DNA of 64,000 nt. It comes from the human T2T-CHM13v2.0 reference genome, Homo sapiens. The stretch is from NCBI RefSeq assembly GCF_009914755.1, contig NC_060936.1; one strand, written 5' to 3'. Position 1 is the first letter of the stretch; each line of letters opens with the position of its first letter. Below, one piece after another: positions 31,104 through 47,409 of the stretch. Position numbers and translations under genes: made by a program. The notes under the pieces were generated by a model. The model did no database searches and was not told where the DNA came from. It saw only the letters and a list, made by a program, of their open reading frames with translations.

Positions 31104-31974
31104 CAGCCACCACATCCTGCCTCAAATATTCTTTAATTTCTCTTGCGACTTCTTTGACCCATGTGTTACTAAATCTCTAAACATTTTCAGAGAAGAGTGT
31201 TGTTTAATATTTTTGAAATTTTCTGTCTTTCTGCTAGAGATGGCTATTCTGATCTATTGTGATCTGAAATCAACCTTTGTATGATTTATATTCTTTTCAA
31301 TATGTGAAGGTGTGTTTTATGGCCCAGAATATGGTCTATATTGAATATTCCTTGAGGGCAGACCGGGCACCGGACCTCAATCTCGGGCGCCATCTTCTGG
31401 TTGTTAGAACAAACTGCCCGAGAAAGGCTCCCTCAAATCCCCTCATTGCTGGGTTCCCCACATGGCAAACTGGATGAACACCAAGGAGCTCCTTTTGCTC
31501 CATGCAGTTCAACAGAAAAGCCCTGTGGGTGGGCATTTGTCAACTTCTCCTCTGGACAAAGATGCCCGGGTCAGAAACACTCCCTGAGACCCTCCCAGCA
31601 TCCAGATAGCAGCCCAGGCTGTGACATCTCACCCTCAGGCCAGATTCAAGCAGTGAAATATATAATCTAATTTCTTCCCCAGCCCAGCCCCTTGAGTCCC
31701 AGTTTTTCATTCTCCCATTCTCAACTCTCCCACCACTGAATGATCTAAAACCACAGGGAAACCTTTTATTGAATTATATTTTAATAAAGAGAGCCATCTC
31801 ATTTCATGTAGTTTGTGATATAAGGAAAATAGTAAGATTATAAAAATATCTTTTACTTTTGACATGGTTACTAACAAAGGGAAAGGAAAAAAAAACGCCA
31901 GAAACTTGAAAAGCCTGATTATCTGGGGCTATTATTCCTGTTTGTTTTAAAATCAAACTTCTAAACACAGATCT

Positions 31975-32231
31975 TAATCCCAGCACTTTGGGAGGCTGAG
32001 GCGGGCGGATCATGAGGTCAGGAGTTCGAGACCAGCCTGGCCAACATGGTGAAACCCCGTCTTTACTAAAAATACAAAAATTGGCCGGGCATGGTGGTGG
32101 GTGTCTGTAGTCCCAGCTACTCAGGAGGCTGAGGCAGGGGAATTGCTTGAACCAAGGAAGCGGATGTTGCAGTGAGCCGAGATCACGCCATTGCTCTCCA
32201 GCCTGGGCGACAGAGTGAGACTCCATCTCAA

Positions 32232-32262
<31 letters not shown>
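31975..32262 (+). mobile_element. AluS (slightly 5'-truncated) with (TAAA)n tail
   Basis: Alu body and tetranucleotide tail. Confidence 0.93.
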
Positions 32263-32359
32263 GAAGCATAAAGAAAAAGCCCATTTGAAGAAATCATGGT
32301 CTAGTGAGGGTGACTTTAGGAAAGACTTAAGATTAGGTTGAATTAATTTCCTTGGTCTA

Positions 32360-32520
<161 letters not shown>

Positions 32521-32800
32521 TGAGGTGGTTTTACTTTGTGAGTAAAAAGTACTTGAAACTAGCTCCATTCATTGCATAAGGGCTAATAGTGATGCCTCAT
32601 ATTTGGCTTTGAAAGTTTTCTGGCCAAATTCCAAATTTTGTCATATGCAAACATGATATTCAAAAGCTAATCCAGAAAAAAGGGTATGTCTATATTAATC
32701 AAAATACAACCACTTGCAGGATAAATTGCTGTCCTTTGCACGTGGTGCTTCTCTATATCTTCAGTAAAAAACTCATTGATTCCAGATTTAAATCAATAAC

Positions 32801-32863
32801 TGATTGAGTTAAAGAGAAGGGGCAGGATGTGGATAAAGTGGGAGGGAGGACTTTCTATAAAAA
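32801..32863 (+). promoter_or_regulatory. Putative promoter of RFPL unit 2: DUX4-type motif and TATA box
   Basis: TGATTGAGTTA (rc TAACTCAATCA) at 32801-32811; TATAAAAA at 32856; donor GTGAGT at 32942. Confidence 0.65.
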
Positions 32864-34207
32864 AGCCCCTTATAGGTGGGTCCCACTCCACATCTCAGCT
32901 CATTTCAGAAGCAGCTGGAGCAAGAGAAGCATCTTGTGGAAGTGAGTCCAGTGTTATTCCTTTCTCACTTCTCAGCTTTCTACAAAAGACAAATATAAGA
33001 GAGCAACATCCAGGGAATGAAGTAATTAATGCTGCAAGTATGATCTGAGGCCAACTCAATGCCAGGCACAGTGGGAGCACTTAGGGACACGGGATCCTCT
33101 GCCCAGAAGCTGAAGGCAGGACTAGATTCTCAATACACAGGCTGGGAGTCTGACAGATTCTTTCAATCAAATCATAGCTTGGGCTACTCTAGGAGATGAT
33201 AACTTGAGTTTCCCCCATTGACTTAACCCTTCAGCTGCTGCTATGGGTCTGTGCCCAGCCAGGTGGGACCAGATGAAGAGCTGGAGGGGCTCTGGGTCTA
33301 GGCTAGGGATGTCTCAGACAAAATAATGTAATTCATATATGTAGCTATGTATTTCCTGATAGCCAAGTTAAAAAATGTAACAAGAAACAAGATAAATTAA
33401 TTTTAATATCCAAAGGATTATAATTTTTAACATGTAAATCAATTTTCACCTTATTAATGAAACATTTTTCTGATAATGTCTTCAAAATCCTGGGCAGATT
33501 TCACACTCAAAGCATGTCTCACTGTAGATAAGCCTCATTGCAGGTGACAAGAGCCACATGTGGTTGGCAGCTCCTATATTAGACAGTCCAGTTCCATTCC
33601 CTTTCACAATCTCAACTCTAAGCCAAGTGACAGATCACACCCTTTATTTCAACTAGAATTTCAAATTCAGAAGACCAGGGCCATTCGCATATGTTCATAT
33701 ATATATATGAAAGAGAGATTCCTTAGCCTTTGCCTTGTGCTAGGGATGGTACATGATATCTCTATGCATGTGAAGATGAAATAGCCCCTGTTCTTTCATC
33801 TCCTGGATCTCCATTACTATTATGTATGTTTCACCCTAGCAGCAGCAGCAAAGGCTGCACACTTTCAAGAAGCAAGCAGATGTCCTATCCATCTTGTAAT
33901 GTGGCTACATCTGCTGCCCCCACTGCTTCAACTTACTGAAGACAGAACCCCAAAAGGAGAGTTTATTGTGCACTTTCTGCTCAATAGTTTCTCAAAAGAA
34001 TGAGATTAAGACAAATTGCCACCTGGGGAAGCTGATTTCCAAGATCAAAGAACTGGAGCCCAGCTGAAAGCTATTCTATGCCTGAACTCAAGGATGCCGA
34101 AGTTCCAAGGTTAGGTATCTGGAGCCCTCCCCATGAAGGCCCCAGAAAAGCCAACGGTGAAAAATGCTCTCCATTAAATATAGGAGTCAGCTGAATTTTG
34201 GCACCTA

Positions 34208-34512
34208 ATTTTTTTTTTTTTTTTTTGAGACAGAGTATCGCTCTGTCTCCCAGGCTGGAGTGAAGTGGCCTGATCTCGATCTCGGCTCACTACAACCTCC
34301 ACCTCCCAGGTTCAAGTGATTCTCTTGCCTCAGCCTCCCGAGTAGCTGGGACTACAGGTGTCTGCCACCACTCCCGGCTAATTTTTGTATTTTTAGTAGA
34401 GACAGGGTTTCACCATATTGGCCAGGCTGGTCTCAAACTCCTGACCTTGTGATCCGCCCGCCTTGGCCTCCCAAAGCGCTGGGATTACAGGCGTGAACCA
34501 CCGTGCCCCGCC
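34208..34512 (-). mobile_element. AluS (in RFPL unit 2 intron 2)
   Basis: Full Alu; TSD-like TTGGCACCTAAT. Confidence 0.93.
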
Positions 34513-34624
34513 AAATGTTGGCACCTAATGTTCTTATGCTCTTTAAGCAACACTAGTTCTCTCTCCTGAGTATGGGTTAGAACCACCTGGATTTTTTGAA
34601 GGATGCGTAATGTTTAGGTCATGC

Positions 34625-35012
34625 CCTATACCTGTGCTGTCCAACATGATAGCCACTGTAACCATTAAGAACTTGAAATGTGGTTACAGCCACATATGGA
34701 AAGAGAATATGTTTGATCAAGTTAAATAAAAATATTATTAAAATTAATTCACCTGTTTCTTTTTATGTTTGATAATGTGGCTACTAGAAACTTTAATATT
34801 ACACATGTGGCTGGCATTATGTTTCTATTGGGAACACTATGCTGTATCATGGCTTTTCAAACTTTTATGCATTAGATTACCTGGGGGACTTGTTAAAATG
34901 CAGATTCTGATCCTGCAGCTCTAGGCTGGTCTGCAAATCTAGATTTCTCTCCCAGGTGCCCAGATGATGCTGTTGCAGCTGGTTCCCACACACACCGAAT
35001 AGCAAGGGCCTG
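34625..35012. mobile_element. hAT-Charlie MITE remnants (MER3/MER33-like then MER5A-like)
   Basis: GTGCTGTCCAA...ATGTGGCTACT; TTGTTAAAATGCAGATTC...GATGCTGTTGCAGCTGGT. Confidence 0.6.
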
Positions 35013-35911
35013 GTATCAGCTGCATCTGAGCTTCTCTCTGGCTGTGAGGCTCATGACTGCAATATTTAGAAGCAGTCTGGTGATTTGTAACAACCCACAA
35101 TGAGTCTTGGCAACCATTATGATCAATGAATTTATTCCAGGGCTAATGCCCCTCAGCAAACAGTGATAAAAGTGCATGTGGTTATTGATCCTGTACATAT
35201 AAATTTGGTTGTGAATTCTGGCCCAGAGCACTACATCATGTGCTAACCACATGTAGCAGGCACTAAAGGAAATAATGCTCGATTCAATATCGCAACTTAA
35301 CTCGGAGTAATTTTTGTAACCCAATTTGGTGGAATGTGTATATTTAAAGTGAATTATCATAACTCAGCTGCCTGTGTAATGTGCTAAAGTCAGCATGCCA
35401 GCCTATACCTACCAGATTCCTGAACGCAGACTCATTTGAATGTGCTAAGTCTTCCTGCATCTCTCTCTGTTCCTAGTGTCTATTACAATGTGTCATAGAA
35501 TTAATGGTGGCTGCATTGGGTTTGAATGCAATACGTGTACTGCCCACTTGCTGAGAGGCTGATTTTTTTCTTTCACAGTAGATATGACCTTGGATGTTGA
35601 CACAGCTGATGAGCTCCTTGTCATTTCTGATGACCTGCAGAGTGTCCAATGTGGGCATATGGAATAGAAGCTGAAAGAACATGCTGAGATTTACCTTCAG
35701 AGTTTGGGCTCCCCTCAGTTCACTTCCAGTTGCTATTATTAGGAGGAAGATTTGGGAACAAGCACAGAATCAGACCTAGGAGCTTGCAAAGAATCTGTTC
35801 ACCAGCGAGGAGAGATCAGACTGTCTACAGAACTTGAATTCTGGACACTGAGTTTGAGAAAGGGAAGGTGCTTCTCAGCCAGCACTGTGCTTCTGAATGC
35901 ACTGTGGGTGA

Positions 35912-36305
<394 letters not shown>

Positions 36306-36774
36306 AATTTTTCTTATAAATTCTTTTTTGGCCCATTAGTCACTTTAGAATGTGTTAATTTCCACATATTTGTGAATTTTCCATTTTTCCTTCTGCTGTT
36401 GATTTCTAGTTTTATTCCATTGGATGTACAATACAGGGCCCATTTTTGCCTAATTTATATAACACCCTGTTTATATCTAGTCTCACATATTTTCTCTGTA
36501 TCCACAGAAAAGTCAAGAATTTGTTATTCTTGCCTCTGGTTTGGCCTTCCCTAGAGCATTCAAAGCTTCTTTTTCACTGTCTGGAAAGGAAAAGCTGGAC
36601 AGGCCCATGGCTTAATTCTCATTCATCCATAAAGTTATTTAGACCAAGAGTTTTCCCAGTGAGCTCTGTTTTGGCCCCGCGAGTGAACCATATGTTGACA
36701 GTTGCACATGGAACAGAGGCAACAGGAAAAAAAACCCCGTTGTGGGCTCAGTAATTATTGGCTATAAACAAATA

Positions 36775-37030
36775 ACATGGTTTTACAGAAGAAATAAGAC
36801 CTAGTATTAGATAGATCAATAGAGTGACTATAGTTTGCGATAGTCTATTATACATTTAAAAATAGCTGGAAGAGAGAATTCAAATGGTTCTAGTATAAAG
36901 AAAAGACAAATATTTAAGGTGATGGATATCCCAAGTATACTGATCGATGTTTACAAATTATATGAATGTGTGAAATTATCACATGTACTCTGAAACTATG
37001 TACATTATGCATCAATAAAAACAAAATAAA
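36775..37030 (+). mobile_element. L1MA 3' end
   Basis: AATAGCTGGAAGAGAGAATTCAAATG...ACTATGTACATTATGCATCAATAAAA. Confidence 0.75.
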
Positions 37031-37592
37031 ACGAAACTCTGTATGTCATTCATTAATTGAGTTCACCTTTACTAGGAGATTCTGCATATTAAAAGAACAC
37101 AGAGAATATTGATTCAAGTCAGGTCCACAGGACACTGAGGGCTGTCTGCTGCTCTCCACTGAGGCTGTTGTTTTCAGCAGAGAGTGTCTATAAATGTCCT
37201 ATAGGAGCAAATTAGCCCAGGCATTCACTTGACTAGTGAAACAGATGCGGTGGAAAGGGGAGGTCTCTAGGCCTCCAGGATGTAAAGGCAGAGTCCCATG
37301 CACCTGGACCCTGAGAAAAGCAGAAGGTCTGATGACACAGGGGTGGCAGAGGTGACTTTGCCTCCCCACCCCAACCCTCAGTAGGTTCCAGTCAGGAGAT
37401 CTGCACATTATAAATGGACAGTGACCTGGAGCTCTTTTCTTTTTCCCCTAAAACTAATTATTCTATGTAACAACAAAACCAAACTTTGCTTATGTCTTTT
37501 AATTAACAAAAAAATTACTATACTGTAATGATAAAACCATAAATTTTATGGTTTTAGTATATGCCAGTGGAAAAAGATTATAGAAGACACAG

Positions 37593-37966
37593 GGCTATAG
37601 ACTGAATGTTTGTGTCCCCCCAAAATTTATACGTTGAAAGCCTCCCTCCCGTGTGATGGTTTTAGGAGGAGGGGCCTTTGGTAGGTGATTGGATCATAAG
37701 GGTTGAGATCTTATGAATGGGATTAGTGCCCTTATAAAAAAGACCCCAGAGAGCTCTCTCACCCCTTCCCCTATGTGAGGACACAAAGAGAAGGCACCAT
37801 ACCTAACAAGCTTCTTGGTTCATAGATGTCCTCACTGGACACTAAATCTGTCAGTGCCTTGATCTTGGACTTCCCAGCCTCCGGAACTATGAGAAATACG
37901 TTTTTGTTGTTTATAAGCCACTAACTATATGGTCTCTTGTTAAAGCAGCGTGAATGAGCTAAGACA
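37593..37966 (+). mobile_element. MaLR LTR (MLT1A/MSTD-like)
   Basis: CTGAATGTTTGTGTCCCCCCAAAAT...GACTTCCCAGCCTCCGGAACT...CTAAGACA. Confidence 0.85.
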
Positions 37967-38670
37967 ATCAGTTTGTTCTTTGTGTTGCCTCCAGACTCTC
38001 AGAATCTGTGTGCTTCCCCAAAGCATCTGGACTTTCCATGTGCTTTTTACACATCTCCAAGCATGGCTAAAATTTAAAAGTCAGAAAATACCAATTGATG
38101 GAGAGGCTGGGGAACAACCAATCTCTTGTCCATGGCTGGCATGAGCATCAGATGGGCATTTCATTTGGAAAACTCTTGGTCAGAATCCACTAAAGGTGGA
38201 CAAAAGCATCCCTGTGCCCTTGCGAATCCTTTGATGAAGGAACAGCCAAAAGAAATGCATGCATAGATTAATGACAAATGACCAACAGGAGGCAGCATCT
38301 GCTATGGCTACGCACACAGGCTCTGGGGTCAGACAACTTCATGTTGATTCAGGCTCTGACACTTGCTGTATGGATGACTTTGCACCAATCACAGCCCTAA
38401 TTTCCTCATCTACTAAATAGGGAGAATAATTGTATCTCTTTCAGAGGGTCAATGAAAGGATGACACAATAGTGTTGCTGTAACAGCACAGTACTTGGGCC
38501 ATAAAAAAGCATTCCGTTCTGAGTAGATATTGTAATTATTTCCATAACCTATCTTATGATTATTATTAGCCTCTACAAAAGTACACTAAAAGGAACAAAA
38601 AGGAGGAAATAACTAGCCAATCTTGGGAAATAAGGCAATACTTGAGGGAGGAGGTGATATTCGAATGTGA

Positions 38671-38984
38671 TTTTCTTTTTTTTTTTTTCTTTTTTTTCTT
38701 TTTGAGACGGAGTCTTGCTCTGTCACCCAGGCTGGAGTACAGTGGCGTGATCTCGGCTCACCGCAAGCTCCACCTCCTGGGTTCACGCCATTCTTCTGCC
38801 TCAGCCTCCTGAGTAGCTAGGAGTACAGGCGCCTGCCACCACGCCCAGCTAATTTTTTGTATTTTTATTAGAGACAGGGTTTCAGCATGTTAACCAGGAT
38901 GGTCTCGATCTCCTGACCTCGTGATCCGCCCGCCTTGGCCTCCCAAAGTGCTGGGATTACAGGTGTGAGCCACCACGCCCGGCC
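38671..38984 (-). mobile_element. AluY
   Basis: GCAAGCTCC/GGGTTCACGCCATT diagnostics; TSD-like TGATTTTC. Confidence 0.93.
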
Positions 38985-39374
38985 ATGATTTTCAAATAAA
39001 TCATACAACTAATATAAACTATTTGCAGAAAATCACAGAGAATCAACATGAAGATCAAGTACCAGTTTGGATCATCCAGAAGACATAAACTACAAGGTGT
39101 TTTAAATAGGGCATGCATAATATAAAGAATAATTAAGCTATGATAGGAGAGTAACCATAAGATGTAAAGAGAACTGCAGGGAGAGTACCCAAGGAAGGAA
39201 ACACTCTTAGAGGGCTCTCTCCCCAAGGATGGGCTTCAGACTTCACAGGAGAGGGTGTGGTTGGAGCCCACTGGATGGGAAGAAGCTTTATGGGCTTCCA
39301 GGGCCAGATCTGGTCCACACTCCCTGGGCTGCAGGAAACAACCTTCCAGGGTGCAGGTGAGATGCAGCTAATAG

Positions 39375-39918
<544 letters not shown>

Positions 39919-40389
39919 CATGCATGGCTTCTTGAACACTTGCCTTGACCGCCCTGCAGTGCCTCCATCTGATTTTGTCTAAACATGTGGAACCCACCCT
40001 CGCTACCAGTACTGTGGAACCAAATGCAGACTCCTTTCTGGTCTACGGGGTCCTGGCTTTCTCAACTGGCAGCTCTCCCCTTTCCAACCCATTCATTCAC
40101 ACGTTCTGTCCTTTTCTTTCCTCTGCAAGTTGGATTCCTTTGTTCAGCTCCTTCCCACACCACCCTCCTTCCAACCCCGCAGTTTAGCTGCCAGTCAGCA
40201 TTGATTCGCTCAATCTTTACTTAGTGCCTAGATCCCCACTCACTGTAGATTCCAAGGAGGGGAATGTGGGTCTCATTCACTGCTGGGTCCTTAGTTCTGA
40301 AACTAGCACTGCCACATTAACAGATGCTCACAAAATTATTTCTTTCTTTTTCTTTTCTTTTTAATAATCTTTTCATCTTCAAATGATCT

Positions 40390-40875
40390 TTTTAATTTTA
40401 ATTTTTAAATGTTTAGTTTTTGTGGATACATAGTAGATGTATATATTTATGGGGTACATGAAATATTTTGATACAGGCATGCAACGCATAAGAATCACAT
40501 CAGGGTAAATAGGGTATCAATCGCCTCAAGCATTTACCCTTTCTTTGTGTTAGTAGCATTCCAATTATACTCTTTAAGTTACTTAAAAATTTACAGTAAA
40601 TTATTGTTGACCATAGTCACTCTGTTGTCCTATCAAATACTAGATTTTATTCATTTTAACTATATTTTTGTACCAGTCAACCATCTCCACTTCCCCCTCC
40701 CTGTGACTAGCCTTCCCAGCCTCTGGTAACCATCAATCTAGTCTATCTCCATAAGTTCAATTGTTTTAATTTTCAGCTCCCACAAATGAGTGAAAACATG
40801 TGAAGTTTGTCTTTCTGTGCCCAGTTTATTTCCCTTAAGATAATGTCCTCCAGTGCCGTTGATGTGGTTGCAGTT
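40390..40875 (-). mobile_element. L1MA 3' end
   Basis: ACATAGTAGATGTATATATTTATGGGGTACATG...CTCCCACAAATGAGTGA. Confidence 0.85.
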
Positions 40876-41209
40876 CAGCCAGATAGCTGAATTATATGGA
40901 TGAGTCAGGATTTATCATTGGAAGAGTATGGAAGTTTATGGGCTGAACAGTTGAGCTGCCCGGTACTTTGAGGTTCCAGGTCACTGTGTCTTTCTCAGAA
41001 GTCTTTATCTTTGGAGGAGTTACACGTCTCCAGGCTGAAACATGAAGGGCCTGGAATGGATGAGCTTTGGAACCCTCTCCAATCCTAGCTCCCATGAGGC
41101 CTGAGCCTGAACATCTCTTGGTATATCTTGTTTGCATTTTCTCTTGTCTTTGTTCTTAGAAACACTGAAAAACTTTCATACTTTTCCAGTGACAAATCCT
41201 GAATCATGC

Positions 41210-42685
41210 CATTATATACATCACTATATATCTCTATATATCACAATATCTATCATTATGTATCACTATATCACTATATATCACAATATACATTACAATA
41301 TATATCACAATACAGATGGCTATATATCCTGACTTATCACTATGTATCTCTCTACATACCATTATATACCACTATATATATCACTATATATATAACTATA
41401 CATCACTATATATATCACTATTGTATTAATCAGGGTTCTCTAGAGGGACAGACTTAATAGGATAGATGTATATATAAAGGAGAGTTTATATTAAGGAGTA
41501 TCGACTCACACGATCACAAGGTAAAGTCCCACAGTAGGCTGTCTGCAAGCTGAGGAGCCAGGAAGCCAGTTTGAGTCCCAAGACCTCAAAAGTAGGGAAG
41601 CCGATAGTGCACCCTTCAGTGTGTGATTGAAGGTCTGAGGGCCCCTGGCAAACCACTGGTGTAAGTCCAAGAGTCCAAAAGCTGAATAATTTGGAGTCTG
41701 ATGATCGAGGGCAGGAAGCGTCCAGCATGGGGGAAAGATGAAGGCTAGAAGACTAAGCCAGTCTAGTCCTTCCATGTTCTGCCTGCTTTTATCCTGGCCA
41801 CATGGGCAGCTAATTAGATTGCACCCACCCAGGTTGAGGGTGGGTCTGTCTTTCCCAGTCCACTGACTCAAATGTTAATCTCCTTTGGCAGCACCCTCAC
41901 AGACACACTCAGGAATGATACTTGCACCCTTCAATCAAGTTGACACTCAATATTAACCATCACAACTATATAACACAATCTGTATCAGTTTATGTCACTT
42001 TATATCCCTACATATCACTATGTATCTCACTATATGTCACTGTATACCACTATGTATATCACTATATACTATTATAAATCACTGCATATCTCACTATATA
42101 ATATATATTACTATATATTCCTACATATCACTATATATCTCACTACATATCACCATATACCACTATGTCTATGACTGTATATTATTATACATCACTATGT
42201 ATCTCACTATATATTCCTACATATCACTATATAACTCACTACATATCATTATTGTATACCACTATGTATACCACTATAAATATCATTACATATCACTATA
42301 TACCACAATATGTATCAGTGTATATCATGACATATATCATGATACTGCTACATATCACAATATATATCATTATATATCTGCATACCACTATATGTATCAC
42401 TATATATTATTATACATCTCTATACATCTCACCATATCTCACTATATGTCACAATATCCCTACATATCACTCTATGTCTCACTATATATCATTGTATACC
42501 ACTATGTATCTCACCATATGCATTATTATACATCACTATACGTCTCATTATATATCACAATATATATCACTATATCCATACATACCATCACATATCTCAC
42601 TACATATCACTGTATACCAATATGCATATTATTATATATATTATTATACCTTACTATATATCTCACCATATACCACTATGTATAA
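41210..42685. repeat. Degenerate AT-rich simple-repeat array built from TATATCAC/TATACCAC variants, split by MLT2A
   Basis: Seen directly at 41210-41421 and 41965-42685. Confidence 0.9.
41422..41964 (-). mobile_element. MLT2A (HERV-L) solo LTR
   Basis: rc begins TGTGATGGTTAATATTGAGTGTCAACTTGATTG; perfect 5-bp TSD ACTAT. Confidence 0.93.
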
Positions 42686-43605
42686 TGGAGGTTCTTCTTC
42701 CTCCTATATACACAATGTGGAGGTTTATGCATAAATGTGGACATGTCCTCCTCCCAAGGAGAGTGACCCAGACTCTTCTTGCTCCTCATTCTTTGATGCT
42801 CTGAATGACAGGGAAGTGTCACTGCCTGTGACTGACCTTCAGGAGGCGGATCTAAATTCATTCACCCATACTGAGATGTGCTAGACTTGGTGACATAGCT
42901 CCAAAGAACCGAGTATAGAGAAGGAAGAGAGTCACTTTAAGGTGGAGCAGGCTGGCACACACGACCTTGACCAAGAGATGAAGGTTAAGGTCAGCAGCGC
43001 TGCCATGTGGATCTCATAATTCTGCAGTTGCTTCTAGCTGAGGGAATACTCTTGGTCTACTGTGCACTTGAGTAACTGATGCCCTGGAATGGTCTCAGCA
43101 AACGGGCCATACAGGATTCTCCTACTAGCAGGGCTTATCCTCTATGTGTTCCTGGCAGGAGGTGTGTCCTTTTGTATGAATCAACCGAAATCTAAATCAC
43201 AGGAGTCTATTTGCTGGAATCTTTAAACAGATAACTTCTCAATTAACAGGAAAATGAAAAAATTATTTTATTTATAAGGTTGATGGAAATATCCAGGGAA
43301 AATTAAAGAAAACGTAGTAATATTTGCTCTGGTGTTTTGAGTGTGCTTACTTGGGGTTACTACCCTATAAACATCTTGTCCTATCGACATTTTTTCCTCC
43401 TAACACTCAACACATTTCTTGTATGGCTTACGAAGTACACTTTCTAGGTGTGATCCAGCTTGGCAGTACAATGAGAAGCATGCCTTTATAGTCTCCTTGA
43501 AAGGTTGAGGACTGTTAATTGACTGTGGGGTGGAAATTATATTCTGAGAAGGATTTTAGCAAACATTTTGATTTCACTTATGAAACAAGTCCTTACATCA
43601 TATAA

Positions 43606-43932
<327 letters not shown>

Positions 43933-44033
43933 ACTGGTTGTTCTTAGTTAAGATGTTCACCTGACATGTAATGAAACTGTTGATCTATTTGATTTTCTTA
44001 GATGAGCCTGTGAATTATTATGGGTATCACTAG

Positions 44034-44712
<679 letters not shown>

Positions 44713-45740
44713 TTTTTAAAAAAAATGCCTTTTTGGGTAAAAGCCAAATAAGACAACCAAAGCCATGTATCACTACTGTGCTATGAAAATGAGTCTCAGT
44801 AGTTCTTTAATATAAACATTCCTATGTAGAAGTAAGTAATGCAAACGGCCCTGTTCCAAAGTCAAAAGGAATTTGACTTTTGCATTATTTTTAAAAAATA
44901 ATTAAAATCAGAGTTATTTTTAAATTCTTATTCTAAAAATAGGGAAGAGAAATTGCCTAAAAAATACAGAGGTGGATAAAAGAAGAGAGATTAAAATTTC
45001 AAATGGATTTGGGAAGTTAAGTGCTGATTAAAGGAGAGATATCAGTTTGTAAGGGATTATCCCTGGGCCTAATTGTTTGAGGATGTGCAGGCTTGTAGGA
45101 AATGGGGAGGACAGACAGGCTGTATTAGAATGCCTGTGTCAGGAGGAGAATGGAAGGCTCTTGAAGACAAGGGTGGTTGCTTGTGTTTCTGTTGAATCCC
45201 CACTAAATGTAATTTTTCTTTTGGAGACATTGGTGTATGGGCACAGTTCTCAGCAGAGTGCTAATGTCTGGGGAAAATGGTTAAAAACTGAAAAATTACC
45301 TTGGCAGTCTGAGGACAAAGCCACAAAACCATAAATTGTTTGGGGGCTTTCTTCAGCTTCACACCTACCAGAAAACTTCTTACCTTTAGAGTTTTCTTAT
45401 CTATCAAAGGATAAGGTTGCAGTGGTTATTGCCGTGAAAGCTCCCCAAATCTAATTTGCTTTTATCCTTCCCGCTGATCTTTCTCCTGCAATTAAAAATG
45501 ATGAACTGTTTCTGGATTTTGAATTAGGGATTTTTCGTTTCTGTATAATTCTACCTCTGATGTATTTTGCATTTTCTCTGGGTATATGCCATTAAAGGAG
45601 ATTTGGATTGCAATTTGGCTGCTTCTTAGGAGAGCAGACAGAATATCACACCATTTTGTTTTTTCTAGTTGCAGCTTTTCATTGATGAAAGCAAAGCTTT
45701 GAGTTTGTGAAGTTCTGACATAATTCTTGCTCTTCTGCAG

Positions 45741-45939
<199 letters not shown>

Positions 45940-46781
45940 ATGAGAAATTTGACCTTCCATTCTGTTAGACATCTTCTGGTAGTCTCTCTATTTTTTTTCA
46001 TAATTGATTGACTTTAGAGATTGACCACTCACCAAGTACTGTTGGATTGATGGGGCCATTAAATTCTGATGTAGGTGAGGTTGAGTTCCACATGACTTGC
46101 TAACCCCATTCGTTTTTCTCTAGCAGGAAATCATTAGATAATGGTGACATCTGTTCTGGGTGTGTCCTCTATGGATGAAAAAGGTTACCATAATGATGCT
46201 GTGAGCACAGGTAGGCAGAGGAATTGTATGATTTAATCCAGAATAATCCACTTTTCATAAAAGTGGAATACAGTTTTAAAAAGTTATGCTTGTGCTCCAA
46301 AGTAAAGTTGTAAAAACAATTATATTTTTAATTGGGTGGAAATTTGTAAGATAACGTTCTCTTCCTTATGAAGTCATGAAGGCTGAGACTTCTTGTTCTT
46401 TTCCAATAGCAAATGGGATGAGAGCACAAGAAAGTATTTCAAAACAAATACAGATTTCAAGTCTAGACATAGGATTCAGCATAGGATTTACTAAACAGTA
46501 TTAACAAGTGGCAGAAATAAAGCGTCTTTACTGAAAGTGGTTCTGTGGGTTCTTCAATTTCAGTTGGCTTCCAAGCCATACTCCTTCCTTCCTTCCTTTA
46601 TCCTCCCAGAGAGCCACTCCAAGGTGGGAGGTTAGATAGGAATTCCGTACATTTGCTGACCAATCACGAATACTGCAGATCAAAATTTGCACTTACTTTA
46701 TTAGCAAATTCTGGAATTGCAAATAATGAAGAAAAAAAAAGCTATGAAGAGGGCCTAGAAACAGTTGTTTTTTTAGTTAGC

Positions 46782-47164
46782 TGATGTGGTTTGGATTTGT
46801 GTCCCTGTCTAAATCTCATATTGAATTGTAATCCCCAGTGTTGGAGGAGGGACCTGGTGGGAGGAGATTGGATGGTGGGGTGGATTTTCCCCTTGCTGTT
46901 CTTGTGATAGTGAGTGAGTTCTCGCGAGATCTGGTTGTTTGAAAGTGTGTAGCACCTCCCTCCTCTCTCTCTTTCTCCTGCTCCAGCCATGTAGGCCATC
47001 CCTGCTTCCCTTTCACCTTCCACCATGATTGTAAGTTTCCTGAGGCCTCCCCAGCCATGCTTGCTGTACAGCCTGTGGAATCATGAGCCAATTACACCTC
47101 TTTTCTTTATAAATTACCCAGTCTTGGGTAGCTCCTTATAGCAATGTCAGAATGGACTGATACA
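46782..47164 (+). mobile_element. MSTA-type MaLR solo LTR
   Basis: TGATGTGGTTTGGATTTGTGTCCC...GGACTGATACA; TSD TTAGC. Confidence 0.92.
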
Positions 47165-47409
47165 TTAGCTTTTAGGAGAAATATGAGTTTGGTAAGTCCT
47201 GAGCTCCCGTGATAAGGACTTGGTACTGGTGAGGATGCCGATGTTGAGTTGCATGACAGCTGTTTCCACTCTGCTTAAAAACACTCAGCTCCCTCCTAAG
47301 CCTGAGCCCCATATATTAAGGGTACATCTCATCATCATGGACCATGTGATTCTGAGAGTGGTTACAATAAAGTGAATTTCTGTTAAAGGATTGTTTCCCA
47401 TTGAATTTT

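Noticed and set aside
31340-31393. Minus-strand MAPEIEVRCPVCP as a TRIM RING start, or TGGCGCCCGA as a tRNA-Lys primer-binding site
   Set aside because: No further RING ligands, the paralogous copy near 19.5 kb does not keep the peptide, and no LTR end or ERV internal sequence is recognisable.
42020-42734. 221-aa and 189-aa Tyr/Ile/His-rich ORFs
   Set aside because: Translations of a low-complexity repeat that lacks stop codons by composition.
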